Source: an uncultured Verrucomicrobiae bacterium (GTDB lineage Bacteria; Verrucomicrobiota; Verrucomicrobiia; Chthoniobacterales; Terrimicrobiaceae). From it: a stretch of 64,000 bases of DNA. Both the position numbers and the translations under genes were made by a program. Below, piece after piece: positions 39,963 to 51,051 of this stretch. Under the pieces are notes generated by a model. That model had not been told where the DNA came from, did not search any database, and saw only the letters and a program-made list of their open reading frames with translations. Location of the stretch: contig CAVPOC010000008.1 in the NCBI GenBank assembly GCA_963706955.1, forward strand, positions 96,001 to 160,000, given 5' to 3'. Numbering within the stretch: position 1 is the first letter of the stretch; every line of letters starts with the position of its first letter.

Positions 39963-41222
39963 TCAGGTGCTGCTCAGAATTGAACGCCCACTATCGCGAG
40001 GGCTGCTCAGGACTTCGCCGAAATAGTTCCTCAAGGCATAGACCAGGAAAACAAGCGCACCTAAAGGCTGGAGGGAGAGCACGTAAACGTTCTCGTAACG
40101 GGGAAAAAAGGCGACGCGAAGGATCGCCGCGAGTTGAAAAAGGAATGCTGCAACAACTAGCCAACGCGAAACCGCGTCTCTCCGTCTGGAAAACGTTGCC
40201 ACGATTTCAAAGGCGACGGCTGGAGCGACTAGAAGGTAGGTGTACAATTCGCTGGCGGGTCCCAGCAAGGTCATCCAGGCGGAGACCAGCGAAAACGCGC
40301 CCGCCAGGAGTCGCTCACTCGGCAGATTGTTGATTCTTCCCCACAAGCAATATCCCGCGATGGCGAGGCCCACGGCAGCTTGAATCGCCCGATAGACGGT
40401 CTGACTGATGGGTAGGCCGGCAGCCTGAACGAGGACGAACCAGAGGTCCCTTGGAGCAATAGCGAGCGAGTACGCGAGCCGGTTGTCTGCCGTGCGGGTG
40501 TCATACCAAAGCTGATACTGGTCGATCACGTAGGGGGCGCTTTGGAAGAGAAACGGGATCAATCCGGTGATGACCACCGCCAACACGAAACGCCAACTGA
40601 AGCTGCGCGGAAATAGAAGCACGAGGAGCATGCCTGCCACCACCGGATAAACTTTCCAATGGATCGCCACCGCCAGGGCGATGGCTGCAATCGTCCATCG
40701 TTCCGAACACGCCGCGGCGAAGGCGATCATGATCAGGCCGGCCAGAAACGCATTCGCCTGAGCGCTATCGAAATTTCCAAGGGCCAGCGGCAAGACCAGC
40801 AGAAAAGCCAGTCCGCGACGTCGCGGTGGAAGATTCGAAAATGGACCCGAGGTCATCATGGCCCACATTCCGCCGAGCAGGAGCGCGGCCGAAAGAAGGC
40901 ACCAGAGTATCCGCGGCCAGACACCCGGCAGGTAAGAGGCCAGGGCGTAACAAACCGCCGAAAATGGCCCGTAAACAAATCCCTTGTTCGGCGTGTAGAT
41001 ATAGAGCGGTGATCCCTCGATCCACTCTCGGCCAGCCCGCAGGAAACGATTGACGTTCGTCACCCGATCGGGCGAGGCGAAAATCTTCCCAATGATCGCC
41101 GACAGGGCGATCGTCCACGCCAGGATTGCTACCGGATTCCAGAGTCGGTCTAGCCATTGAAAGACGCTCGGTTTCGCGGTGGTCACCGGATCCTTCGAGG
41201 CGAAAGGCGCGGGAAAACTCAT
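39963..41222 (-). CDS. GT87/DUF2029-like polytopic membrane glycosyltransferase
   Basis: LY....FVYGP, AQAN, KVYP motifs with multiple transmembrane segments. Confidence 0.8.
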   Translation of the reverse strand: MSFPAPFASKDPVTTAKPSVFQWLDRLWNPVAILAWTIALSAIIGKIFASPDRVTNVNRFLRAGREWIEGSPLYIYTPNKGFVYGPFSAVCYALASYLPGVWPRILWCLLSAALLLGGMWAMMTSGPFSNLPPRRRGLAFLLVLPLALGNFDSAQANAFLAGLIMIAFAAACSERWTIAAIALAVAIHWKVYPVVAGMLLVLLFPRSFSWRFVLAVVITGLIPFLFQSAPYVIDQYQLWYDTRTADNRLAYSLAIAPRDLWFVLVQAAGLPISQTVYRAIQAAVGLAIAGYCLWGRINNLPSERLLAGAFSLVSAWMTLLGPASELYTYLLVAPAVAFEIVATFSRRRDAVSRWLVVAAFLFQLAAILRVAFFPRYENVYVLSLQPLGALVFLVYALRNYFGEVLSSPRDSGRSILSST

Positions 41223-41411
41223 CGGCTGCCGGTCTGCCGCTACCTTAACGAGGGCCGATACGCCGACGAAGCGCTGCTCGGATTTTTGCGACCAGCGGAA
41301 GATTGATAGGGTGGCATAGGAGAATCGCGATGGCCTCTCGGGCCGGGAGTTCGACAGGAGAAATAGCTTTCAACTATTCACAATCGCCCCAAACATCAAG
41401 CAGCTCTCCAA

Positions 41412-42680
41412 ATGGGTCTTCCTCTGCGTGTCTCAGTTCTTCAAAAGGCCGATCGCGTCGTCTTTGTTCCGGTCTGCTTCCTTCTCACGCGGCTCCGCAA
41501 ACTGTTGCCCGAGCTTCCAGCAGATCAGCCGCCGAAGCCCAAGCGGATTGTCATCGTCAAGCTGGCCGAACAGGGCTCAACCGTGCTGGCCAATAATGCG
41601 ATCCGGCGAGCCGTCGAAATGGTCGGACGCGAAAACGTTTACTTCGCGGCCTTCGAGGAAAATCGGTTCATCGTCGACGTCCTCGATCTGATTCCGAGAG
41701 GCAATGTGCTGACCGTCCCGACGACGTCTGTCGCGGCGATGTTTTTCGGGACAATCCGGATGCTCTTGCGCATGCGTTTGCTTCGCATCGATGCGGCCGT
41801 CGATCTGGAATTCCTCGCCCGTTTCTCTGCGGCCATCGCCTATCTCAGCGGCGCCCGCATTCGCGTGGGGATGCATTGCTACTTCGAGGAAGGCCCCTAT
41901 CGCGGCGACCTGATGACCCATCGCGTGCTTTTTAATCCGCAGCTCCACACGAGTGAAATGTTTCAGGTCATGATCGAAGCGCTCGCGTTTGCTCCGAAGG
42001 ATTTCCCCGCTTTCAATCTGAAGCTCAAGACCGTGGCTGCCGAGGAACCGGTCTTCAGCCCGCGGCCCGAAGAAATCAAGGGTGTCGAGCAGATGGTTCT
42101 TTCGCTTACGGGCGGCGTGCAAATCCCTCCGCTGATTCTCTTGAATCCAAACGCGAGCGATTTTCTTCCTCTACGACGGTGGCCGCTGGAATCCTACCGC
42201 GAGTTGGCCAAGGGATTGTTGGCGCGGTTCCCGGAAGTTCATATCGCCTTCACCGGCTTGGCCTCCGAGGCTGGGCCGAGCGCCGAGCTCGTCAAAGAGA
42301 TCGGCAGCGCGCGCTGCTTTTCCATGGCAGGGAGGACCACCCTGCGCCAGCTCCTTGTGCTTTACACCCTCGCCCGCGTGCTGGTGACCAACGACAGCGG
42401 CCCGGCGCATTTCGCGACGCTCACGCCGATCCAGGTCGTGTCCCTTTTTGGTCCGGAAAGTCCCAAGCTTTTTGCCGCACGTTCCCCACGGACGCGGGTG
42501 GTCTATGCGGGCATCGCCTGCAGTCCTTGCATCAACGCGCTCAATAACCGGCAGTCTGCCTGCCGCAATAACCTCTGCATGCAAACTATCGGCGTTCCAG
42601 AAGTGCTTGCGGAGGTCTCCGCAGCCTATCGAAAATCGTCCGAACGCTTTTCGATGCGAGATATTCGAGCCTCGGCATGA
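41412..42680 (+). CDS. GT9-family (heptosyltransferase-like) glycosyltransferase
   Basis: LNPNAS...RRWP, LVTNDSGPAHFA, SLFGP, CSPC. Confidence 0.9.
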   Translation: MGLPLRVSVLQKADRVVFVPVCFLLTRLRKLLPELPADQPPKPKRIVIVKLAEQGSTVLANNAIRRAVEMVGRENVYFAAFEENRFIVDVLDLIPRGNVLTVPTTSVAAMFFGTIRMLLRMRLLRIDAAVDLEFLARFSAAIAYLSGARIRVGMHCYFEEGPYRGDLMTHRVLFNPQLHTSEMFQVMIEALAFAPKDFPAFNLKLKTVAAEEPVFSPRPEEIKGVEQMVLSLTGGVQIPPLILLNPNASDFLPLRRWPLESYRELAKGLLARFPEVHIAFTGLASEAGPSAELVKEIGSARCFSMAGRTTLRQLLVLYTLARVLVTNDSGPAHFATLTPIQVVSLFGPESPKLFAARSPRTRVVYAGIACSPCINALNNRQSACRNNLCMQTIGVPEVLAEVSAAYRKSSERFSMRDIRASA

Positions 42681-42761
42681 GCGTAATTCTCCGGAAGAAG
42701 CGCGATTCATATTAGCCCGACCGCTGCCCGGCAGCCGCCAGACCGGACGCGTATTCGGCTC

Positions 42762-42823
42762 TGTAGCGACGATGTCCCCATCGTCGAGGGCTGTTCCCCG
42801 GCGGCGGGGACGCCGCCGCTACA
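42762..42823. repeat. Inverted pair of GTAG-type REP-like hairpins
   Basis: 25-mer identical to 39356-39380, plus reverse-strand TGTAG-CGGCGGCG-TCCC-CGCCGCCG at 42799-42823. Confidence 0.8.
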
Positions 42824-43014
42824 ACAATGAATCGCCCCAAAAGCGCGCTTCATATCAGCCTCGGGCATCGCCCGAGGACGGCATACAAGTGCACCCGCCG
42901 AGCGCTGAAAGCGCGATTCAACGCCGGAATCGCTCCCACACACAGCGCTCGTGCCATTCACCATTTGCACAGGAGGCTAGTGTCGCGCGAGATCAGAAAC
43001 ATGAGTCCGCTCGA

Positions 43015-44301
43015 TTAATCAGGTCGAGCGTCGAGCATCCTGCCAGTCAACTCTTCAGTCGTTGAGAGCACCGCCTCCCGAAGATTCAACCAAGCCTTTA
43101 AATACATTTGGGAATCTTCCCACGACCCTTTCTTGAGTTCAACACGTTGCAAGAGCTCCCAGTCAGTAGCGTCTAATGAGAACGAAGACTTTAGTCTGCC
43201 TATTCTTTCAGATCGAAAAGCGTCGCTCCAGGTGTCGGACAGTGCGTACACCTCTATTACTGCTTCCGAAAGAGTCTTCCAATCGGCCGCTATCTGCGGA
43301 TCCGGAAAGTAGCTACGGAGTTGCGTCCCAAGAGTTGCTTGCTTAAGCTGGAAATCCTTGAACGCACGATCGTATTCGGCTTGATCGATCGCATTTTGCT
43401 CGGCGAACTGGACGGCCGAGAGGAACTTTACGACAGATTCTGTTACTTCGCTTGCCAGGCGCGTGCGAGTCTCAACTGTCGGAGTTGCTGGCTCGGTCGA
43501 ACGCGGAGTCGATTTCGCCTCCTGCACATCCGGCTGCCGTCCGACTGCTGGCGCAGAATCCTGTTTCGCCTTATGAATGAGATAGGCTGCGAGCGTTATC
43601 GCGGCGAGCACAGTTAGTCCCACGAAAGCCGCCTTCCTCCACCTCGATTTCCGGACTTTCACTAATACCTGCGGCAACGAGAAGGGCGATCGGTTCTCGG
43701 GGGCAGATCCGCCCTTAGAATCGCCTTTCCCCCCCACACCAAGAGGATTCGTCGTATCTCTCAGGTCGCCCGTTGCGCTGTCAGGCTCCACGATTCCCGA
43801 AATCGTATTCTCTCTACTGGGCTGTTCTTCCCTCACTAAGCGCAAGGCTTGCTCCAACGCGGCGATAAGCCGTTCGCAATCATCGTTGAAACGACTATGC
43901 CTGATTTCAAATGCATTGCGGCGGGACAATGGTTTGAGGTCTTCAGGAAGGTCGACGGCCTTTGGCATTGAGGCATCCTCTACCAAGACCGGGATCACTA
44001 TTACGTTACGCTTAAGCGCCGCAGCTATTTCTATGCGAACGAAATCTTCCGGGTTGTCGAGTCGACGTCGACCTTTCTCATCAGACGAAACCAGCCAGTC
44101 TCTTCCAATAACCGCGATCAGCGCGTCACACGAACTTACGCTCTTTTCAATTGCGTCAACAAAGTCGACACCCGGGGCAAGGTTGGCGACATCCATGAAA
44201 ATGCGATTTGAAGCAAAATGGCTATGTAGCCGATCATATAGTCGACCGGCCGACGCTTGACTGTCATCGATACGATAGCTAATGAAAATTTGGCCGCCCA
44301 T
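43015..44301 (-). CDS. TIR-domain protein with one transmembrane helix
   Basis: IFISYR, IFMDV..PGVDF, EDFVRIEIAAAL, VIPVLV; TM AAFVGLTVLAAITLAAYLI. Confidence 0.88.
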   Translation of the reverse strand: MGGQIFISYRIDDSQASAGRLYDRLHSHFASNRIFMDVANLAPGVDFVDAIEKSVSSCDALIAVIGRDWLVSSDEKGRRRLDNPEDFVRIEIAAALKRNVIVIPVLVEDASMPKAVDLPEDLKPLSRRNAFEIRHSRFNDDCERLIAALEQALRLVREEQPSRENTISGIVEPDSATGDLRDTTNPLGVGGKGDSKGGSAPENRSPFSLPQVLVKVRKSRWRKAAFVGLTVLAAITLAAYLIHKAKQDSAPAVGRQPDVQEAKSTPRSTEPATPTVETRTRLASEVTESVVKFLSAVQFAEQNAIDQAEYDRAFKDFQLKQATLGTQLRSYFPDPQIAADWKTLSEAVIEVYALSDTWSDAFRSERIGRLKSSFSLDATDWELLQRVELKKGSWEDSQMYLKAWLNLREAVLSTTEELTGRMLDARPD

Positions 44302-44822
44302 CTCTTGCCTTAGCCATTGGCTATCCAAAACTGCCAAACGTGGGTGCCTTGGCCACGTGAGAGGCCGTGTTCACGTAAGCACTTATATCCGAACAGGGCC
44401 GGAAAGGTCAAGTCCAGCAACGGATACGAATTTGGTTTGCGCGCTGTCGCGGATGGTCAACACAGGTTTTCATCCGGTCGGCGAAATAAGGTAAGCGTCG
44501 GTGAAGAGCTCTCAATTTTAAGGTCAGCGCGGTCACTGAGATTAGCAACAAACTGAGCGAGGCGCTGGGGCGCTTTGCCCATCGCTAGCTCGAGAGCGGA
44601 GTATTATCCCTATCTGATCCTGAGTCTAACCCGAAAGAGATACATTACAAAAGAGGATGGCCTATCCTTACAAGAGGGAATGCCAAGAGGAAGACCAGTA
44701 GCAGCAATTGTTCTGAGCCCTGCAATTACATCGCCCAGAGCTGAAGGCGCGATTCAAACGGCGCAATTGTTCAAATCCTAGACATCACGCTCGTGACATC
44801 GCTACAGCTTGCCTCGGCCAAG

Positions 44823-45551
44823 CTAGAACAACTCGTGCGCAAGAACGCTCAGACAGTAGAGCGCAGCCGTCTCCGCGCGGAGAATGATCGGCCCCAGCGT
44901 AACCGGCCGGCATCCCATGCTCTTGGCGAGGGCGAGCTCCGCCGGCGTGAAGTCTCCCTCCGGTCCGACGAAGACGCAGACGCTCCGCGGGTTCGGGTAA
45001 TCTGCCAGGACGCTCTTGATCCGGCGCGCGTCCGGCTGCAACGAGGCGATCAACATCAACTCGGAAGGCTCCTGTTTTTGAAAGAATGCCTTTGGACTTC
45101 GTGGAACCGCAATTTCCGGAAGTCTGTTTTGTCCGGATTGCTTGCATGCCTCGATGGCAATCTCACGCCACTTATCCCGCTTCTTCTCGGCATCCCTCAC
45201 GTCCAGCTGCACAATCGTGCGGTCGGAAAATAGCGGCGCGATCCGTGCCGCCCCGAGCTCGGTCGCTTTCTGAACAATGAAGTCCATGTGCTTCCCCTTG
45301 GGAATGGCCTGCGCAAGCGTGATCGCACAATCGAGCGGTTGCGAGCCGAGCTTTGGACCAATTCGCAAGATCACCTTCCCTCCCTCGAGACCTACGATAT
45401 TTCCCCGCGCTTCGCTCCCCTCGCCATCAAACACCGTCACGTGGTCTCCCACGCCGAAACGAAGCACGTTAAGAACGTGATGCGACTCGCCCTCGTCAAG
45501 AACAGGTGAAGGGGCATTCCACTCGTTGGGCGGAAGATAAAAGCGATGCAT
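44823..45551 (-). CDS. rsmE: 16S rRNA m3U1498 methyltransferase
   Basis: HVLNVLR, QKATELG, EACKQSG, VGPEGDF, LGPIILRAETA. Confidence 0.96.
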   Translation of the reverse strand: MHRFYLPPNEWNAPSPVLDEGESHHVLNVLRFGVGDHVTVFDGEGSEARGNIVGLEGGKVILRIGPKLGSQPLDCAITLAQAIPKGKHMDFIVQKATELGAARIAPLFSDRTIVQLDVRDAEKKRDKWREIAIEACKQSGQNRLPEIAVPRSPKAFFQKQEPSELMLIASLQPDARRIKSVLADYPNPRSVCVFVGPEGDFTPAELALAKSMGCRPVTLGPIILRAETAALYCLSVLAHELF

Positions 45552-45793
45552 CTGGTCAAGTTGAAAGTTGAGGGTTGAAAGTTGAGAGGAAAGACAAATC
45601 CAGTGATTGCACAGATTTACACAAAGGGCTTCGGGCAACCGCCGATCGCCAGTTAGGACTCGTTCACCTATGGGGTCTTCTGCGATTCTCCGCACCCGAA
45701 GAACATTGCAAAGCTTTGCACGTTTCCCACCCTTCCCGGCCACCCTAGTCGGTGTAGCTCGGTGCAAACTGTGAACGATCAACTAACTTCCAC

Positions 45794-45879
45794 CCTGTCC
45801 GCTGAAGCCTTCGCAGGCGGCCCTGTCCACTGAAGCCTTCGCAGGCGGACCTGTCCGCCGAAGGCTTGGCGTAGGCGGA
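45794..45879. repeat. Three tandem ~28-bp palindromic units
   Basis: CCTGTCCGCTGAAGCCTTCGCAGGCGG-like unit repeated three times downstream of rfbD. Confidence 0.8.
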
Positions 45880-46756
45880 TCAACTCTCAACCATCAACTT
45901 CTTCCCCAGATACTCCTCCACTGCTTCCTGCCAGCGCCGCGGCACCATCCCTGTCACCGCGGTGAACTTGGCCGTGCTCACCATCGGTATGTGGCGGACG
46001 CGGCGCAACGAACGCCTTGAGGTCGGAGAGCGAGATCGGCTCCGCCTTGCGCGCCTTCAGCGGCAGTCCCGCGCGCGCGGCGAAGTCCAACGCGAATTGG
46101 CCATATTCGTGCCACGAACATCCTCCGGCATTGCACATGTGGTAGACCCCACCTGGCAAATCGCCATCGAGGAATGGACGCAGCCAGCGCGAGACATCCT
46201 CGGTGAACGTCATGCACGACGTCTTGTTGGCAATAGCTTCGACACGGTCGTTCGCGAGCGCCCGCTCGATGATCTGGTCCACAAAGCTCGGCTTGTCCGG
46301 ACCGAACACCCAGGCGACGCGGACGGCCATGTGCCGCGGAGACGGCGCCAGCGCTGCCCGCTCGCCTTGGAGCTTCGTCCGGCCGTAATGGCTGAGCGGA
46401 CGCGCCTCGTCCTCTTCGGTGTAGGGCGTCGTCTTGGCGCCATCGAAAACGTAGTCGGTGCTGAAATGGATGAACCGCGCCTGTTTTGCGGCGGCATCTT
46501 CGGCCATCACGCCCGGCGCGCGCGCATTGACGATCTCGGCCTCCTCGCGGTCCCTCTCGCAACGATCCACATTCGTCAGCCCGGTGCAGTTCACCAGCAC
46601 ATCGTAAGACTCGGACTCCAGAAGCTTTCCTAATGCCGGCAGGTCGGCCACATCGAGCTCCGGACGCGCCAGCGCCCGAACTTCATAATCCGGCGCCCAC
46701 ATCCGCGCCAACGCACCGCCCAGCCGCCCCTTGCTGCCCAACACCAGCACCTTCAT
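45880..46756 (-). CDS. rfbD: dTDP-4-dehydrorhamnose reductase; apparent +1 frameshift near the 3' end
   Basis: VLGSKGRLG, HFSTDYVFDG, YGRTK; shifted frame restores STAKF...RRWQEAVEEYL. Confidence 0.92.
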
Positions 46757-46770
46757 AACAGCGACGCACC

Positions 46771-46795
46771 TGTAGCGCCGGTGTCCCCACCGGCG
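46771..46795 (+). repeat. GTAG-type REP-like hairpin
   Basis: TGTAG-CGCCGGTG-TCCC-CACCGGCG. Confidence 0.75.
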
Positions 46796-47014
46796 ACGTT
46801 ATACGCGAACGCTGCAAGCGAATCCCCACCGGCGACGCGAAAAATGCCACGCCCGCAGGCGCTACGCGCCAGCGTTGCGGGCGGGTCCCCAGCGCCGACA
46901 CGACCGCTCTCATCACTGTGGAAAACGCTCGCACCGCCGCGCCCCAAAAAACCTCGCCCAAAGCACCCCGATGAAGACGATCCTTCGCCTCACTCTTCTT
47001 GACATCCGCTCCCC

Positions 47015-48010
47015 TCATCCCGCGACTTCGACCGGCTTGGCCAGCAGCGGTTCCCACCATTCGCGATTGTCGAGATACCACTGGACCGTCTGGCGAATCC
47101 CCTCGCGCGGATTATGCAGCGGCTTCCAGCTTAGCTCGGACTGGATCTTGCTTGAATCGATCGCGTAGCGTCTGTCGTGCCCCAGCCGGTCGGTCACGTA
47201 GCTGATCAACTCGCGCGGCTTGCCAAGCGTCTCGAGGATCAACTCGACCACGGCGATGTTCTCCATCTCGCCGTCCCCGCCGATATTGTAAACCTCGCCC
47301 GGCCTGCCTTCGAGAAGCACCGCCATGATGCCGCGGCAATGATCTTCCACGTGGATCCAGTCGCGCACGTTCAAGCCGTCCCCATAGACCGGCAGCTTCT
47401 TGTCCGCGAGCGCGTTCGTGATCATCAGCGGGATCAGCTTTTCCGGGAATTGATATGGACCGTAGTTATTCGAGCAGCGCGTGATGACGACCTCCTGGTC
47501 GAACGTCTTGAACGCCGCCAGCGCGAGCAAATCAGCCGACGCCTTGCTCGCCGAATACGGCGAACTCGGATCCAGCGGCGAGGACTCCGTGAACTTCCCC
47601 GTCGGCCCGAGCGAACCATAGACTTCGTCCGTCGAGATCTGGACGAAGCGCTTCACGCCATGCTTGCGCGCCGCTTCGAGGAGCACTTCGGTGCCGATCA
47701 CGTTCGTGTGAATGAAATTCCCCGGATCCGTAATGCTGCGGTCGACATGCGATTCGGCGGCAAAATTCACGATCGCGTAGAACTTGTGCTGGGAGAGGAT
47801 CGCCTCCATCGCCTCGCGGTCCGCGATGTCGGTCTGGAAGAACTCGTACCGATCCGCATGCTCTTCCGCCACGCCGGCCAGGTTCTCCGGGTTTCCCGCA
47901 TAGCTGAGCACGTCGACGTTCGTGACGAACTCCGGCTGGTAGTGCTCGAGCACGAAGCGCACAAAATTGCTCCCAATAAACCCACACCCGCCTGTAACCA
48001 GAAGACGCAT
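47015..48010 (-). CDS. rfbB: dTDP-glucose 4,6-dehydratase
   Basis: LVTGGCGFIGSNF, FAAESHVDRSI, ISTDEVYG, YSASK, NNYGPYQFPEKLIP. Confidence 0.97.
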   Translation of the reverse strand: MRLLVTGGCGFIGSNFVRFVLEHYQPEFVTNVDVLSYAGNPENLAGVAEEHADRYEFFQTDIADREAMEAILSQHKFYAIVNFAAESHVDRSITDPGNFIHTNVIGTEVLLEAARKHGVKRFVQISTDEVYGSLGPTGKFTESSPLDPSSPYSASKASADLLALAAFKTFDQEVVITRCSNNYGPYQFPEKLIPLMITNALADKKLPVYGDGLNVRDWIHVEDHCRGIMAVLLEGRPGEVYNIGGDGEMENIAVVELILETLGKPRELISYVTDRLGHDRRYAIDSSKIQSELSWKPLHNPREGIRQTVQWYLDNREWWEPLLAKPVEVAG

Positions 48011-48160
48011 CGCCGGCAGCATCTATCAGACCGCAAAGTCATGCGGCAATGCGCAAAATACAAGGCGAGCAGCCGACGCCAACCGGTACACGACGCTGAA
48101 GCGAGCCATAAGAAGCAATAATGCCCACATGGATATAAATCGAGTTCATTCTGCTCATTT

Positions 48161-48887
48161 ATGTTTGCTTGGTATGAAAAAAATCTGGCCAGATTCAAAA
48201 TGACGATGCTAGAAGCGCCGGGTGTCTTCGCCTCTCTATGCCGAAATACCTACTGCCAGCTCCCCTTACCTTCTATCCTGATTAGCGTCCTTTTGACCGT
48301 GAGCCCGGCAAGGAGCGAAATACCTAATCAAGCGCTTAACCAGTTTTTGGCTGGCCAAATTGCACCAGACCGCCACGAGTTCGGTGAAATTCAGATGACG
48401 AGAGCCGACATTTCGCAGTGGCTCCAGAAGCTTCGCACGGCCAAGCACCCGCAGGAGCGAGGCACCGCAGTCGCGAATCTTCAAAATTGCGCCTGGGTGC
48501 TTTTGGAAACTCCGGCGACAACACCTGCGGCGCTAGAACTGCTTAACCAATGGGTGGTGCCCAATGTCACCCTTCTGCGAAGCAAGCCGCGAACAAGCGC
48601 TTGCTCTTGGGAGAATGTCGTCCAAGGCGCTTATGCCTGCTACAAGAAGGCTGGCGATGCGCATGGTCAAAGGCGCGTTCTCGAGTTGCTTTCGACACAA
48701 GCGCGCGACCCCGACCTTCGCGATTTGGCCACGATTCGCCTGGCAGGATTAAAAGCTTCTCAAGGCAGCCTCAAGGAAGCGGTCGATGTCGTCCGCAAGA
48801 CTGACCCTAATGGCAAACTCGCCCAACCTCGCGCCAAATTGCTGCAAGACTGGCAGCAACAGCTCCAACCCAAAAAGTCCGCAATGA
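48161..48887 (+). CDS. Hypothetical helical exported protein; probably separate from the ORF starting at 48884
   Basis: Hydrophobic signal-like stretch, then a helical region. A second signal-like start sits at ATG 48884 in an ATGA context. The boundary is inferred. Confidence 0.45.
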
Positions 48888-51051
48888 GAACTGCGCATCT
48901 GATAGCTTGTGTGATAGTCGGCGTAACTTTTCATGCGTCAACTTCGCTCCTGCTTGGACAAGATGTGCAGGAACTCATTTACGACGTTACCGAGATGGCC
49001 AATGGTTCGGTTGAACAGGCACGCCTCGAGGCGCAGCGGCAAGCGGAAGGAATCGGGCCCTCCTATAGAAGTTATCAGAAAAATGAGCGCAAATCCTTCT
49101 CCGGAGAATATACTCCACCCGAGTTGCCCGAAGATAAAAAGGGCCGATTCGTCTACGGGCTTGCGCTATTCGCGGATGACGGTTGTAACGTGACCGTAGA
49201 AGGAAGTCAGATTCACTCACACTTGCAACAGCCTCAGCACCTGCCTGAATCTTGAAAAGTCATTTCACGTGCTTCCGGTCGCGGTCGGGCCGGGACAACC
49301 GATTAACATAACGGTAGATTATTCGAACACGATCTACAACGAGGACGCCCGAGGGCCCGGGATATCCCGACGTCGACGGATGTGCGTTGTTTCTTTACTT
49401 GATCCCCGTAGAACTTGCTGTCGACGCAAATAGCGACGGACAGATCCAACTCGGCAGGGCTAGGGATAGAACAGACCCAAATGAGCCCTTTCGTTTCTGG
49501 TGCAATGATGACAACGATGGAACCGGCAATGGGGCAGAAGTTTATAGGCGGAGCCGCAGGACTCGTCGGATACGGAAATCGCAGAGCAAACGCGACCTTG
49601 GAAGACTTTGCCCGACTGTGGCTGCGTATCGGTGGACTCCATAAGGAAATCGCGTGCTGGCACAATCAAGATTGGCCTGAAATGGCGGAATAGCACGAAT
49701 CCAAGCATCAAACTGTATCAGGCCGCTGAGGCCAATGGAAGGACACGATATCTCGAGCGCAATGGCCCAGCAACTTCGCAAATCAGCGGCGATTACAGGA
49801 CGGCCAAGGCGACGGTGACTGGCATAGCCGCCGGCAATCCTTCCAACGAGTGTCTTTTCAACCTTTACGCGAGCAAAGGCCTAACACCTACTTCTTATTC
49901 GAAGGTGTATCGGAAGGTAAAGGGCAGCTCGTTGTTACCCTCCATAATGCTAACGGAACCGAGACCGCCGAAGGTCCCGGCGTGTGGCTAGACTTGATGA
50001 ACATTAAAGAGCATGTACGCACGCGCTTCGGCAACACCAGACACTCTAGTCAAACCCTACGAATCCGATAGCTCCGACATTTGACGATTCCGATTTCAAC
50101 TTTACCGCCGACGCTTACACAACTCCAACGAATGAAGAGAAGAAGGCGTTGGTTTTCGTGCATGGGTGGAACATGAGCGATGAAAGCTATTTCAGTTTCA
50201 GTGAGACTATGTTTAAGCGCATGTGGCACCAGGGCTTTAGTGGGCGATTTTGTGCCTTTCGGTGGGCAACCCTGACGAGCTTGGATTCATACAATACGAG
50301 CGAGTATCGGGCGTGGAAATATGGACGATCACTCCACAACTATGTGGCAAGTTTGCCTGGCGATTACCTCAAGAGCGTGGTCGCGCATAGCATGGGCAAT
50401 GTAGTGACCGGTTCTGCGTTGCAACGTGGCATGTCAATCGATCGCTACTTTCTCATGGAAGCAGCTGTGCCAGGTGGCTGCTACAACGATGCTGTAAATA
50501 ATTACGAACGCTTTACGGTCGAAGAGGAGATTCGCCCAACACCCCACAGCATTCTCGACTTGGGCTATCAGCTTTACCTACAATCTGTTTACACGAACGT
50601 TGCGAGCGTAGTTAACTTCTACAATGTGAATGACTTTGCGCTTGCGACCGGTACGTATCCACTAATTGGCAGTACTAACTGGGAACAGAATCAAATATCC
50701 TACAAACCCGATGCCAATGCGACTTTGCATGGCAATAAGGTTTATGCCTACGATTCCGGACCTGCAAACGAACCTTATCCTGTTGGACAACGCTGTTTTT
50801 TAAGAAGTGTCCACCCTCCGTTTGATCAACGGCAGGTCAGCGACATGCATGAATCGATGGCCTATGTAGCGCGCCCTCGATCCAAGGCTCTGGGAGCGGA
50901 ACCAAACAGCACGACTATCTTTCCAAACTCCCTCGATTTAGCAGCACGGTATGGATTTGGCGGTGGACGATCGGATCATAGTGGTCAGTTTGACCGACGT
51001 ATTCAGCAGGTACACGAGCTGTATAATGCAATCTCGGACGAGCTTAAGTGA
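48884..51051 (+). CDS. Large secreted protein with C-terminal alpha/beta-hydrolase domain, broken by several frameshifts
   Basis: Pieces in changing frames: LAVDANSDGQI, PFRFWCNDDND, LEDFARLWL, FLFEGVSEGKGQL, VFVHGWN, FRW, AHSMGN (nucleophile elbow), terminal DHS. Confidence 0.7.

Noticed and set aside
45556..45590. Heptamer run (AGTTGAA/AGTTGAG) extending the rsmE ORF upstream
   Set aside because: Simple intergenic repeat also seen near 39723 and 45881; rsmE most likely starts at 45551.
45794..45879. CRISPR array
   Set aside because: Units are directly adjacent with no unique spacers, and no cas genes are present.
48161..49255. Single 364-aa protein as in the ORF track
   Set aside because: An internal signal-peptide-like start in an ATGA context and continuation in other frames suggest two genes blurred by indels.
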